A stretch of DNA of 64,000 nt, taken from the NCBI GenBank assembly GCA_964603065.1, contig CAZRTL010000004.1, positions 9,686 to 73,685 of the forward strand, in the 5' to 3' direction. The position numbers and the translations under genes are program-made. Below are positions 39,592 through 48,224 of the stretch, one piece after another. The notes beneath the pieces are model-generated. The model was not told the origin of the DNA. It made no database searches and worked only from the letters and a program-made list of their open reading frames with translations. This DNA is from Candidatus Woesearchaeota archaeon (lineage in GTDB: Archaea > Nanobdellota > Nanobdellia > SCGC-AAA011-G17 > PNOQ01). Each line of letters opens with the position of its first letter. Position 1 is the first letter of the stretch.

Positions 39592-40437
39592 ATGGAAATG
39601 GATGTTGAAAGCACTTCTAAATTAATAAGGGGTAAGAAGGAAATTTGTGTTTTTTATAATGATAAAATTTTTGAAGAAGTTATGTCTAATTTGAATCCAA
39701 AAGAAATTATGGGAATTTCTAGAAGATCTGTTTATTATTGGAAGCAAAAAGAGAGACCTATTCCAGTTTCTCATTTAGTCAGTATTTGTAAAAATAATAA
39801 TATTGAAAAAATTAATCTTGTGTCTTTATCTACCAATAGCGGAAATAAAATTAATTTACCTGAAAGCAATAATTTATCTTTATATCATTTTTTGGGATTA
39901 TTATTGGGAGACGGATGTCTTTGTATAAGTAAAGAAAGAGAATTGAAGAGACAAAGCTACACAGTTAGAATTGCTGTTAATAGCAAAAATAGAATAAATC
40001 AAATTTCTAGATTAATGGAGTCTCTTTTTGGAATTAAACCTAGTTGTCATAAATGTAAAGGGTGCTATGAAGTTTGTATTTACTCTAAGGCTTTGTTATT
40101 TTTCTTGAATACATATTATGAAATCCCCATTGGTGAAAAATATCCACTTATGAAGGTTCCTTTGAGAATAAAAAATGATTTTGATAGTATAAGATATTTT
40201 CTAAGAGGATTAATGGATAGCGATGGAAATCAATATATCTATAGGGGGAGATTGTGTTTTCAATTGAGACAAAAATCTGGAGAATTTCTTAGTGAAGTCT
40301 ATAACTTATTTCATAAAATTGGTATGAATATAAATGGGCCCTATTTTGATAAAGCTAATAATTCTTGGGTGATTTGGTGTAGTAAAAAAAACATTGTAGA
40401 TAAATTTATAAATGAAATAGATGCTCTTAAAATTTAG
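39592..40437 (+). CDS. LAGLIDADG endonuclease-family protein with N-terminal HTH
   Basis: Motif 1 LYHFLGLLLGDGCL, motif 2 FLRGLMDSDGNQ; N-terminal HTH-like segment (EIMGISRRSVYYWKQK); 281 aa. Confidence 0.7.
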   Translation: MEMDVESTSKLIRGKKEICVFYNDKIFEEVMSNLNPKEIMGISRRSVYYWKQKERPIPVSHLVSICKNNNIEKINLVSLSTNSGNKINLPESNNLSLYHFLGLLLGDGCLCISKERELKRQSYTVRIAVNSKNRINQISRLMESLFGIKPSCHKCKGCYEVCIYSKALLFFLNTYYEIPIGEKYPLMKVPLRIKNDFDSIRYFLRGLMDSDGNQYIYRGRLCFQLRQKSGEFLSEVYNLFHKIGMNINGPYFDKANNSWVIWCSKKNIVDKFINEIDALKI

Positions 40438-40438
40438 T

Positions 40439-40560
40439 GGACTGGTAGCTCAGCTTGGATAGAGCACTAAAGAAGTTTTGCGCGAGTATGCTTCTGTGTA
40501 GGCCTTCTAAACCAAGTTGAAGAAAGCTAGGGGTCGAGGGTTCAAATCCCTTCCAGTCCG
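40439..40560 (+). tRNA. tRNA-like gene interrupted by a ~48-nt insertion (intron-containing tRNA or pseudo-tRNA); anticodon unresolved
   Basis: Perfect 7-bp acceptor stem GGACTGG/CCAGTCC; canonical D-arm TAGCTCAGCTTGGATAGAGCA; T-arm GAGGG-TTCAAAT-CCCTT; ~48 extra nt between them. No single-intron model gives a canonical anticodon loop. It starts 2 nt after the stop codon of the LAGLIDADG gene. Confidence 0.5.
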
Positions 40561-40566
40561 CTTTTT

Positions 40567-41088
40567 TTAAAAATCAAAATTAACAAGTAATTTGTATTCT
40601 AATTCTCTGTCTTGATCTAGATTTAATTTGTATTGTGCACGAGTCCCTCTGATATTTCTTGTTAATTCAAAATTTAGATCGCTTAGTCTTGAAGATCCAT
40701 CGTAACCTAAATCTAATATGGCTTCCGTACTTAGTTTAAATTGTCCCGGTAAATTTGCATTTAAAGCATTTCTAAGGATTATTCCATCCCGATCTAAGCC
40801 ATATACATCTGTTTTAATATTAGAATCAAAATAAGGTGGGCCAAATTGTGTATTCGGAGAATATTTTTTGAGGGATTTTTCCAATTCAGCCAAAGTATTA
40901 TCCCGAGGTTTTTCTTTGGCAGAAAGATTTAAGGAGCTTCCATCAAACATTTCAACCAATCTTCTGTTTTCCTCTTGTTTTAGCTGTTTTTTAACATAAT
41001 TTATATCTATGTCTTGAGAAGTGAATTGGAGCACAGCTAGTAATATTATTGATGCTTTTTTTCCAATATTTTTCCATAGTGTCATTTT
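40567..41088 (-). CDS. secreted hypothetical protein
   Basis: Probable start at MTLWKNIGKKASIILLAVLQF (signal peptide); the longer ORF in the track runs into tRNA-Cys, so the internal start is preferred. Confidence 0.4.
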   Translation of the reverse strand, partial: KMTLWKNIGKKASIILLAVLQFTSQDIDINYVKKQLKQEENRRLVEMFDGSSLNLSAKEKPRDNTLAELEKSLKKYSPNTQFGPPYFDSNIKTDVYGLDRDGIILRNALNANLPGQFKLSTEAILDLGYDGSSRLSDLNFELTRNIRGTRAQYKLNLDQDRELEYKLLVNFDF

Positions 41089-41178
41089 TACTACCAATGA
41101 TTGGTAACTTTTACTTATAAATGTACTGTTTGTATAAGAAAGATATTTAAAGTTTAAATTACATCTTATTTCACAAGT

Positions 41179-41249
41179 GCGCACGTGGCCAAGCGGTAAG
41201 GCAAGAGGCTGCAACCCTCTGATCCCCGGTTCGATTCCGGGCGTGCGCT
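41179..41249 (+). tRNA. tRNA-Cys (anticodon GCA)
   Basis: Acceptor GCGCACG/CGTGCGC, discriminator U73, anticodon stem AGAGG/CCTCT with loop CTGCAAC, T-arm CCCGG-TTCGATT-CCGGG; 71 nt. Confidence 0.8.
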
Positions 41250-41252
41250 TTT

Positions 41253-41624
41253 TTAATGAATATAACCTTTTATTCTATATTCTTCATATAATAACATATA
41301 ATGGTATGCTTGGGCCACCCAGTATAATTTATCTCCCTCTGTAGAATGAATTGTAAATTCCGATCCCATATTCAGACTACACTCTGCAACTATCTTTTCC
41401 AGCTCATTGACTTTTTGTTGTCTTCTTACTGTTAAATCAACTTTTTTAACCCAATCTTCTTTAATATTTTTAGTTAAGAAATCATAAACATTTTGGGGAG
41501 TAAATTTCTTTCCATCCCTAAGTTCGGCTATAAATGGGTTTATTCCTTCTCGTTTCATACGTCTCGATTTAGAATTTTCTTTTCTTATCGCTCTTGCTTC
41601 AGATGTTCTTTTTTTAGTAGCCAA
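41253..41624 (-). CDS. hypothetical basic protein
   Basis: 123 aa ORF abutting tRNA-Cys. Confidence 0.35.
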   Translation of the reverse strand: MATKKRTSEARAIRKENSKSRRMKREGINPFIAELRDGKKFTPQNVYDFLTKNIKEDWVKKVDLTVRRQQKVNELEKIVAECSLNMGSEFTIHSTEGDKLYWVAQAYHYMLLYEEYRIKGYIH

Positions 41625-41696
41625 TATATAAGGGTAAATCTGATTTAATTAATAAGAATTGTTGTTATATAAATATAATAAGAAAAAAGAAAGAAA

Positions 41697-43415
41697 TTAT
41701 CTTCTTTTCCTAAATAATAGGACTAAGAAGTATATTGCTACGATTACTAAGACGATATCTCCTAGTATCCAAAAGACTGTTGTCCAAGTACCCTCTTCTA
41801 AACCAAGACCTGCCCATCCTGTTGGTAGGAATACCATATTTTGTTCTTCTTGATTTTCTTGAGTAGTGTCTACTATTACTTCTTCTTCAAGCACTTCAGT
41901 AGCAACACAACCCGAAAGAGTTATTGATTCAACATAGTTCTTTTGTTCATCTAAATCATCGTAGTATAGTGTAAAAGTCAGTGTATAGTCTTGATTTTCC
42001 ATGTCCGCAGGTATATCTGCAGTTAGGTAAACAGTATTGTCATCATCACTATCATCATATTTGTCCAGTTCAAATGTTTCTGAATATATATCGATTCCTA
42101 ATGCTGAATTGTACATTCTAACTTTTACTGCATCATCATTTCTTCTTCCAACATTTTTGACATCTAATTCTGCTGTGAATGTTCCTTCACAACTTAGTGT
42201 AATTGGAGTGATTATGATTTCGTCTATGATAACTTTGTGATCTGGTCTATCAATATCTACTACTTCAACTTCTTCGATACATTGTTCATCTTCATTATCA
42301 TCTTCGTATGCAATAACATGAACTTCATAATCTCCATCGTCTAAATCATCATCTAGATCAAGTTCAAATTGGAAAGATTCTTTCTTATCTTCATCTATGT
42401 CGATTCGATCACTTTCTTCTGATTCAATTTTTCTTGTTTTACCTTCTTCAGTAATCCATACTTCGACAATAACATCGTCTATATCATCATTTCCACGATT
42501 TTCAACTTCTACGTCAACAATTATTGTGTCTCCTGGAGAATATTCATCATCGTCTAGATCAAAATCTTCTATTCTAAGATCTCCAACGTCACAAAGATCA
42601 TCTTCACCTAGTATGTTAACATCCTCCTTTACCTTAACATCATGATGAGTTGCTTCGTCATCTGTTTTGTAGGCTTTAACGTAAAGATCATAGTTGTCAT
42701 TTGGATCTAAATTTTCATGAAGATCTAAATCAATTGTAAATGTTTCATCTTGTCCATCATCTATTGTTTGATCACTAGATGATTCTTCAAAAGCTACTAC
42801 TTGTTTAAGATCTGAATTATATAACCATACTTCTAACATAACATTAGTTGTTAGATCTTCGTTTCCAGTATTTTCAACATCTATATTTAATTCTATTGTT
42901 CTCCCAGCTCTCATTTGATCTGGAATATCATCATATGAATCTGTATCTACAATCTCAAGGTATCCTGCTTGACCGGTATATTGGTCAACAAAAACTGTTG
43001 CAGTTATAACTGCTGTAGTTATATCTTGGTTTATTGTATCATTATATAGTGCTGTAAATGTAGCAGTATATTGTCCCATCATTGTGCTTAATGAAGGAAC
43101 TGTCATTGTTACGTTTACATCTTCTGATTCATCCGGTATTAATGTAAAGTTGTTCGGACTAAAAATTGTGGACCCCTCAAAACTTTTATTTCCTATAAAT
43201 TCGTTTGAGTAACTGAATAATCCTGAATCCAGTGTAATCTCTGTTGCATTTTCTGGACCTGGATTTGTTATTGTTAATGTTGTTTCAACACTTGAATCTT
43301 GGTTTGCATCTCCAAAATCTACAGAAACTGGGTCAAAAGCCAGTTCTGCGCTTACAAATGCTGCTAATAACATTAAAAATATACCTAAAAATGATATTTT
43401 TTTATTCATTGTCAA
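41697..43415 (-). CDS. acidic cell-surface protein with CARDB-like repeats and C-terminal LPTG-TM-RKRR anchor
   Basis: Signal peptide; repeated ...N.GN.D...V.L.V motifs (CARDB-like) in D/E-rich spacers; C-terminus FLPTGWAGLGLEEGTWTTVFWILGDIVLVIVAIYFLVLLFRKRR. Confidence 0.65.
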   Translation of the reverse strand: MTMNKKISFLGIFLMLLAAFVSAELAFDPVSVDFGDANQDSSVETTLTITNPGPENATEITLDSGLFSYSNEFIGNKSFEGSTIFSPNNFTLIPDESEDVNVTMTVPSLSTMMGQYTATFTALYNDTINQDITTAVITATVFVDQYTGQAGYLEIVDTDSYDDIPDQMRAGRTIELNIDVENTGNEDLTTNVMLEVWLYNSDLKQVVAFEESSSDQTIDDGQDETFTIDLDLHENLDPNDNYDLYVKAYKTDDEATHHDVKVKEDVNILGEDDLCDVGDLRIEDFDLDDDEYSPGDTIIVDVEVENRGNDDIDDVIVEVWITEEGKTRKIESEESDRIDIDEDKKESFQFELDLDDDLDDGDYEVHVIAYEDDNEDEQCIEEVEVVDIDRPDHKVIIDEIIITPITLSCEGTFTAELDVKNVGRRNDDAVKVRMYNSALGIDIYSETFELDKYDDSDDDNTVYLTADIPADMENQDYTLTFTLYYDDLDEQKNYVESITLSGCVATEVLEEEVIVDTTQENQEEQNMVFLPTGWAGLGLEEGTWTTVFWILGDIVLVIVAIYFLVLLFRKRR

Positions 43416-43446
43416 ATAACCCCCATGGTATTGATATTTGTTATGA

Positions 43447-44046
43447 TTGTGGAGTTGTGAATCGCTTATAAAGGTTTCTATGGCAAATTTTATAAGTTCG
43501 TTTTCTGAGAATATTGCTATGATTAGGTACTATTATAATCTTATAATTAGATTATTAATTATTTTAATTGTTACTATAAATTATCCTCTGTTTTATGTTA
43601 TTTTGAGTCCCATTACTGTATATTTGAGTTATTTTATACTTGGATTATTTTATGATGTTTTGTTAATTGGAAGTAGTATTGGGATAAATGGTGCAGGGTT
43701 TAGGTTTATTGAGGCTTGTGTTGCTCCTGCTGCCTACTATTTATTGTTTATTTTAATTATTGGATTGAAGGATTTAGACTGGAAAAAAGGTTTGAAAATG
43801 TTCTTTTTGGGCAGTTTATTGATTTTAGGAATGAATTTGTTAAGAATTATTATACTAATTGTTTTAGATGTTGAGTTTGGGAAAGATTATTTTGATGCTG
43901 TCCATCTGATATTTTGGAACTTTGTCTCCGGAGTTTACATAGCTTTAGTTTGGATTTTTTTGGTTAAAAAGTTCAAAGTCAGTAAAATTCCGTATTATTC
44001 TGATTTGAAATATTTCTATAAAAAGAGTTTTCTTAGAAAGAAGTAA
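43447..44046 (+). CDS. polytopic membrane protein, exosortase/archaeosortase-like candidate
   Basis: About 6 TM; Cys in IEACVAPAAY and Arg in MNLLRIII, resembling the Cys/Arg signature helices of the exosortase family; divergent from the surface-protein gene; true start probably internal. Confidence 0.4.
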   Translation: MWSCESLIKVSMANFISSFSENIAMIRYYYNLIIRLLIILIVTINYPLFYVILSPITVYLSYFILGLFYDVLLIGSSIGINGAGFRFIEACVAPAAYYLLFILIIGLKDLDWKKGLKMFFLGSLLILGMNLLRIIILIVLDVEFGKDYFDAVHLIFWNFVSGVYIALVWIFLVKKFKVSKIPYYSDLKYFYKKSFLRKK

Positions 44047-44485
44047 ACCCAAAGTAAATAGATGAAACTATTAGGGCAGCTACAAAAACGCCCAAGGCTA
44101 TTGTTAGTATTGCTTTTATTCTGTTTATTTTGAATAACCAAGCGGCTAAAGCTCCTGTATATGCTCCAGTTAATGGAAAAGGGATAGCTACGAATAAAAA
44201 TAAGGTGGGCAATTCCCATTTCGTTCCGATTTTATGTTCTATTTTTTTTCTCGCCCTATTTACCCATTTATTAAAAAAATATCTATAGGGTTTTATTTTG
44301 TAAAATTGATGATGTAATGTATCTAGAAATATCAAAAATATTGGAACTATCAATATATTTGCTAAAATAGAAAAAATGAACGCCGTTGGAAAACTTATTC
44401 CAGTTTGTAGAGCATAAGGTAGGCCACCTCTAACTTCGGAGATAGGAAGCATACTAAGAATTATTGAGTTTAATAGATTGTTCAT
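44033..44485 (-). CDS. small membrane protein (small multidrug-export/COG2426-like)
   Basis: PISEVRGGLPYAL motif and 4 TM; 150 aa. Confidence 0.4.
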   Translation of the reverse strand: MNNLLNSIILSMLPISEVRGGLPYALQTGISFPTAFIFSILANILIVPIFLIFLDTLHHQFYKIKPYRYFFNKWVNRARKKIEHKIGTKWELPTLFLFVAIPFPLTGAYTGALAAWLFKINRIKAILTIALGVFVAALIVSSIYFGFTSF

Positions 44486-44511
44486 AAAATTGGATAATAT
44501 TTAAAGTTTAT

Positions 44512-45216
44512 TTAAGTTTTGTTATTAAGAATTTGTGTAATCAATTGTTTTTGTCCACTTAAAAAATTCCAATCTGGATTATTTGAAAAATTCTCTTCAA
44601 AGTTGGGTATTTTCATCTTTAAAACTTCTTTTGCATAAAGATTTGTATAACCGTGCCGTATTTCCTTAAATTGAAAAGGCAATTTATGCTTAAATATATT
44701 CAAAAAACTATCATCTTCTACTTCAATTTCTACAAATAAACCTAGATTATTAACAGAGTCGATACAAATCTTACAATTCTCATTTTCTGCAGACCATCTA
44801 GTTTTTTTGATTTTTATTTTCTCAATAAATTTAAGTTTTTGAAAAAGCTCTTTAAGTTTATTACTATCTATTTTGTTTGGTAAATCCATATTATGATTAA
44901 TATTTGCAATATTGAACAAATGAGCTAAATCTTTTTTAGAAATGGGTAAATTATATTCTTTTTCCAATACAAACCAGGGATTTGGTTTTTTTTCCGGTAT
45001 AAGAAATAAAGCTTTGTAAGCAACCTCTTTATCATTTCTTATTCTTAATACATGATTTAGTTTAAAATAAAAATTATCTTTCAAATCATAATAAGTATCA
45101 TTATCCTGCTTTACACTTTCAAATTTAATATCGAATAATTCTTCAATTATTTTCTTGATATTATAGATACTATGATTTCCTAAGATTCTTACTTTAATTT
45201 CTTTTTCTTCCCCCAT
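44512..45216 (-). CDS. CYTH-domain (CyaB/thiamine-triphosphatase-like) protein candidate
   Basis: N-terminal ExExK (EKEIKVRI); 234 aa; weak. Confidence 0.4.
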   Translation of the reverse strand: MGEEKEIKVRILGNHSIYNIKKIIEELFDIKFESVKQDNDTYYDLKDNFYFKLNHVLRIRNDKEVAYKALFLIPEKKPNPWFVLEKEYNLPISKKDLAHLFNIANINHNMDLPNKIDSNKLKELFQKLKFIEKIKIKKTRWSAENENCKICIDSVNNLGLFVEIEVEDDSFLNIFKHKLPFQFKEIRHGYTNLYAKEVLKMKIPNFEENFSNNPDWNFLSGQKQLITQILNNKT

Positions 45217-45316
45217 ATTGGTAGATTGGTATCCATTTATATAAATCTTCTTGAAATGGGTCTTGTAAATATCTTTGGGACGATAACTTTTTATATCTCA
45301 ATTATAGTTAATCATT

Positions 45317-45562
45317 ATGGACTGGAATTTTGAAAAATATGGGTTTAAGATAATGAAGTGGGATTTTCCTGAAGAGGATATGCCCCATTGTGAAATAGCA
45401 TTACGAATCAATACTGGTTTAAAAAAAATAGATGATGAAACCTACTCATTTTCAGGTTCTCCGCTCCCATGGGATGGAGAATTAGAAATGCTTAAAAATT
45501 TGAAAAAAAGTATTGAGTTGGCAATTAAAGAAATTGAAGATAAAGTGAAGGATTCTAAATGA
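45317..45562 (+). CDS. hypothetical small protein
   Basis: 81 aa ORF. Confidence 0.3.
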   Translation: MDWNFEKYGFKIMKWDFPEEDMPHCEIALRINTGLKKIDDETYSFSGSPLPWDGELEMLKNLKKSIELAIKEIEDKVKDSK

Positions 45563-45651
45563 ATCTTTAAATTTGATTGGGCAATATGGGCAATTATACC
45601 TCTTTTATCGAAAGAGATATATAATAGTCATCTTATCCACTTTAAACAAAA

Positions 45652-46044
45652 ATGAAAGAAATTTTAATGTATGAAAATAGAAAGTCTGGAACTTATATTT
45701 GGGATATTTCTACACCTGAACTTAAAGATCAAGCTTTCTTAAAATTATTTAGAGTCTTAGATGAAGAATGGAACGTTTATTTTGAGTTAAAGGAATTAAA
45801 ACAACCTGAATCTCCTGGAATGAGTAGAGAAGAAGTGGAAGCAATGCCTGAAGGATCAATTCGAGAGAGTGCATTGGAAGCATTATTAAAATATGAAAAA
45901 TCCCTAAAAGAATTTAGATTGTTAGAGGAAGACAGTAAACTATATGAATTGGCTAAAGAAGGAGATGTAAGCAAGGCAAAATTACTTTTAGAATTACATA
46001 GAGATTATGAGTACGAAAAATGGGATACTCATCAGGTCATGTAA
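45652..46044 (+). CDS. hypothetical acidic protein
   Basis: 130 aa ORF; its stop codon overlaps the left 48-bp repeat. Confidence 0.3.
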   Translation: MKEILMYENRKSGTYIWDISTPELKDQAFLKLFRVLDEEWNVYFELKELKQPESPGMSREEVEAMPEGSIRESALEALLKYEKSLKEFRLLEEDSKLYELAKEGDVSKAKLLLELHRDYEYEKWDTHQVM

Positions 46045-46091
46045 AAATATTATTACTTTTTATCTTGAGATCCTTGAAAAATCATTAAATC
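46044..46091. repeat. 48-bp direct repeat, copy A (TTACTTTTTATCTTGAGATCCTTGAAAAATCATTAAATCTTCGGTTGT)
   Basis: 47/48 identical to copy B at 47019..47066; on the minus strand it encodes TTEDLMIFQGSQDKK*, identical to the C-terminus of gene 47019..47864. Confidence 0.85.
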
Positions 46092-46110
46092 TTCGGTTGT
46101 TAATTACTTT

Positions 46111-46947
46111 TTATGGAAAGAAAGTATATTTTGGCATATTTAATATCCTAATGGAATCATAATCTTTTATTATGTCGGAAAAACTATTCGTTAGCTCCAT
46201 TGTGAAATTTTTTAACTGATTTACATCTTTCATCTCTAAGTCAATTTCATAATCCCATTCGGCCAATGTTCTTATTACAGATATTACTCGATTGTTTGAT
46301 CTGCAGAAAGAAAGTAATTTGTCCTCCTTTTGTTTAGATAAATTGCTCAGAAATATTAACAGTTTATAGTGGGATTGATTGATTTTTTCCTGATCTAAGA
46401 TTATGTTATATCCTAGGATAATCTCTTCTTTCTTTAATTTTTTTAATCTTTGTAAAATTGTATCTGGAGAGATTTTAATTTCCTTGGACAATTCTATGGC
46501 ACTTGTCCTAGAGTTTTTTCCTAAAATCGTACATATTTGATTATCTATTTCATCTAGCTCTATGAAATTTTTATAATACTTGTAAGAAATTTTTTTAAAA
46601 CTAGTTCTTTCTTTATCTATTAGATAATCTCTTGGGAAAAATTCTGCATTTAAACTAATCGATATGGTTTTTTTCATAATATATTTATTGAATTTTTCAA
46701 ATAGAGTATTGATTGTTTCTTGCAATTGTACTTGATCTTTTACATATGCAATGAAAGCGATATCGTAATTCCCTTCTAAATTTCCGATCCATGCTATTTT
46801 TGGATGATTTATTAAATATTTTAAGATGGTATTTCTTTTCTGCTCATTTATATTATGCAATTTTAACATAACTTGATAATAAGAATTACCTAATTTAGTG
46901 CTGTTTAAGATTGTTAGAAATTTTCGTATTATCCCCTCCCGTTCCAA
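46111..46947 (-). CDS. Lrp/AsnC-family transcriptional regulator with unusual RAM-HTH-RAM domain order
   Basis: Central HTH_AsnC (IDNQICTILGKNSRTSAIELSKEIKISPDTILQRLKKL) with RAM-like regions on both sides; 278 aa; flanked by the 48-bp repeats. Confidence 0.6.
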   Translation of the reverse strand: MEREGIIRKFLTILNSTKLGNSYYQVMLKLHNINEQKRNTILKYLINHPKIAWIGNLEGNYDIAFIAYVKDQVQLQETINTLFEKFNKYIMKKTISISLNAEFFPRDYLIDKERTSFKKISYKYYKNFIELDEIDNQICTILGKNSRTSAIELSKEIKISPDTILQRLKKLKKEEIILGYNIILDQEKINQSHYKLLIFLSNLSKQKEDKLLSFCRSNNRVISVIRTLAEWDYEIDLEMKDVNQLKNFTMELTNSFSDIIKDYDSIRILNMPKYTFFP

Positions 46948-47018
46948 GGAATTAATTCTATACCTTATAGTTTCTTGTTTTATTCCTGTAGCCTTTGCTA
47001 TTTGGGAATAGATTTAGC

Positions 47019-47066
47019 TTACTTTTTATCTTGAGAACCTTGAAAAATCATTAAATCTTCGGTTGT
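47019..47066. repeat. 48-bp direct repeat, copy B (3' end of gene 47019..47864)
   Basis: See copy A. Confidence 0.85.
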
Positions 47067-47864
47067 AAGTTTTTTCTTTGTTTTTAATTTCTCTTCAACT
47101 TCTCTAGTTTTTTCTTTAAGAACTTTATCTGTTTCTCTTTTGTTCTTTGAAATTATTTCTTCGCCCAATTCTTTAGCATTTTTTAGTTTATTTTTTAACT
47201 GTTCATTAACTTTAGAAAATTTTTCTTTGGATTCTATAAATTTTTTAAAAGCCTCTTCTTGCTCTTTTCTTAATTCATTTATCTTTTTTGTTAACTCGAA
47301 AAATTCAGAATATCCTTTTGCTTCTTTAGATTCATCTCTTATTTTTTTATGATATTCTTCTGCTTTTTGTTTTGTTTTTGTTATTTTATCAGAAAGTTCT
47401 TTTAATTCCTTGAATAATGATTGTACATCTCCTGCATCTTGGAGTTGTTTTTTAAATTGATTAATTTGCCTCATGATTGTCTTTTCTTTTTCAAAAGACA
47501 CCCCTTCTGTTTCTATCGTAAACTCTAATTTTTCAATTTTCTTTATTATTCCAGATGGATCGAAGTTAATCTTCTTTTCCTTTAGAATTTTTTGTTTTTC
47601 TTTGTTTAGTTCTTGAAACTTTTTAATTAATCCCTGGACTTCTTTGTTATATTTGTCTCTTTCTGTTTTTAATTTCTGAATATTTTCACTTGATTTATCT
47701 TTTTTTGTTTTTAAAGATTTAATTTTGTTAATTAGACTAGAAATATCTTTTTTCAAGTTCTCCTTTTTAGAAAACCAGTTTTCTTTCTGGATATTTAATT
47801 CGTTCAAACTTTTTTTTAGTTGAATTATTTCTTCTTTAAGTTTCGTTGATTGTTTTTTGTCCAT
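47019..47864 (-). CDS. K/E-rich coiled-coil protein
   Basis: 281 aa, heptad-rich; last 16 codons lie in repeat B. Confidence 0.4.
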   Translation of the reverse strand: MDKKQSTKLKEEIIQLKKSLNELNIQKENWFSKKENLKKDISSLINKIKSLKTKKDKSSENIQKLKTERDKYNKEVQGLIKKFQELNKEKQKILKEKKINFDPSGIIKKIEKLEFTIETEGVSFEKEKTIMRQINQFKKQLQDAGDVQSLFKELKELSDKITKTKQKAEEYHKKIRDESKEAKGYSEFFELTKKINELRKEQEEAFKKFIESKEKFSKVNEQLKNKLKNAKELGEEIISKNKRETDKVLKEKTREVEEKLKTKKKLTTEDLMIFQGSQDKK

Positions 47865-47909
47865 TAAGCATCACTCAATAAAAAATATAAAAAAAGAAAA
47901 AGGAAAAAT

Positions 47910-48206
47910 TTAACCGAAAAGAGCTCCTAGTCCAGCAGCTGCTTGACCTTCATCTTTCTTTTCTTCTTCTTTCTTTTCTTCCTTCTTTTCTTCAGATGGT
48001 GTACTTTCTGAAGATGGAGCGGCACTTACAACAGCGGCTTCTTTGATTGCTTTTTCTATATCGACACCATCTAAAGCAGCAACTAATGCTTTAACTTTGG
48101 TATCATCTACTTTTGCGCCAGCTGCATCCATGACTTTTTTTAATTTTTCTTCATTGATTTCACTACCTGATTTGTGAAGGAGTAATGCTGCATATATGAG
48201 TTCCAT
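47910..48206 (-). CDS. rpl12: ribosomal stalk protein P1 (L12e)
   Basis: MELIYAALLLH... and acidic EEKKEE...GLGALFG tail. Confidence 0.85.
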   Translation of the reverse strand: MELIYAALLLHKSGSEINEEKLKKVMDAAGAKVDDTKVKALVAALDGVDIEKAIKEAAVVSAAPSSESTPSEEKKEEKKEEEKKDEGQAAAGLGALFG

Positions 48207-48224
48207 TTTAATACCTCCAATGAA

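Noticed and set aside
40567-41214. Full-length 215-aa version of the minus-strand ORF
   Set aside because: Its first 42 codons run into tRNA-Cys (41179..41249). An internal Met followed by a signal peptide gives a more plausible start at 41088.
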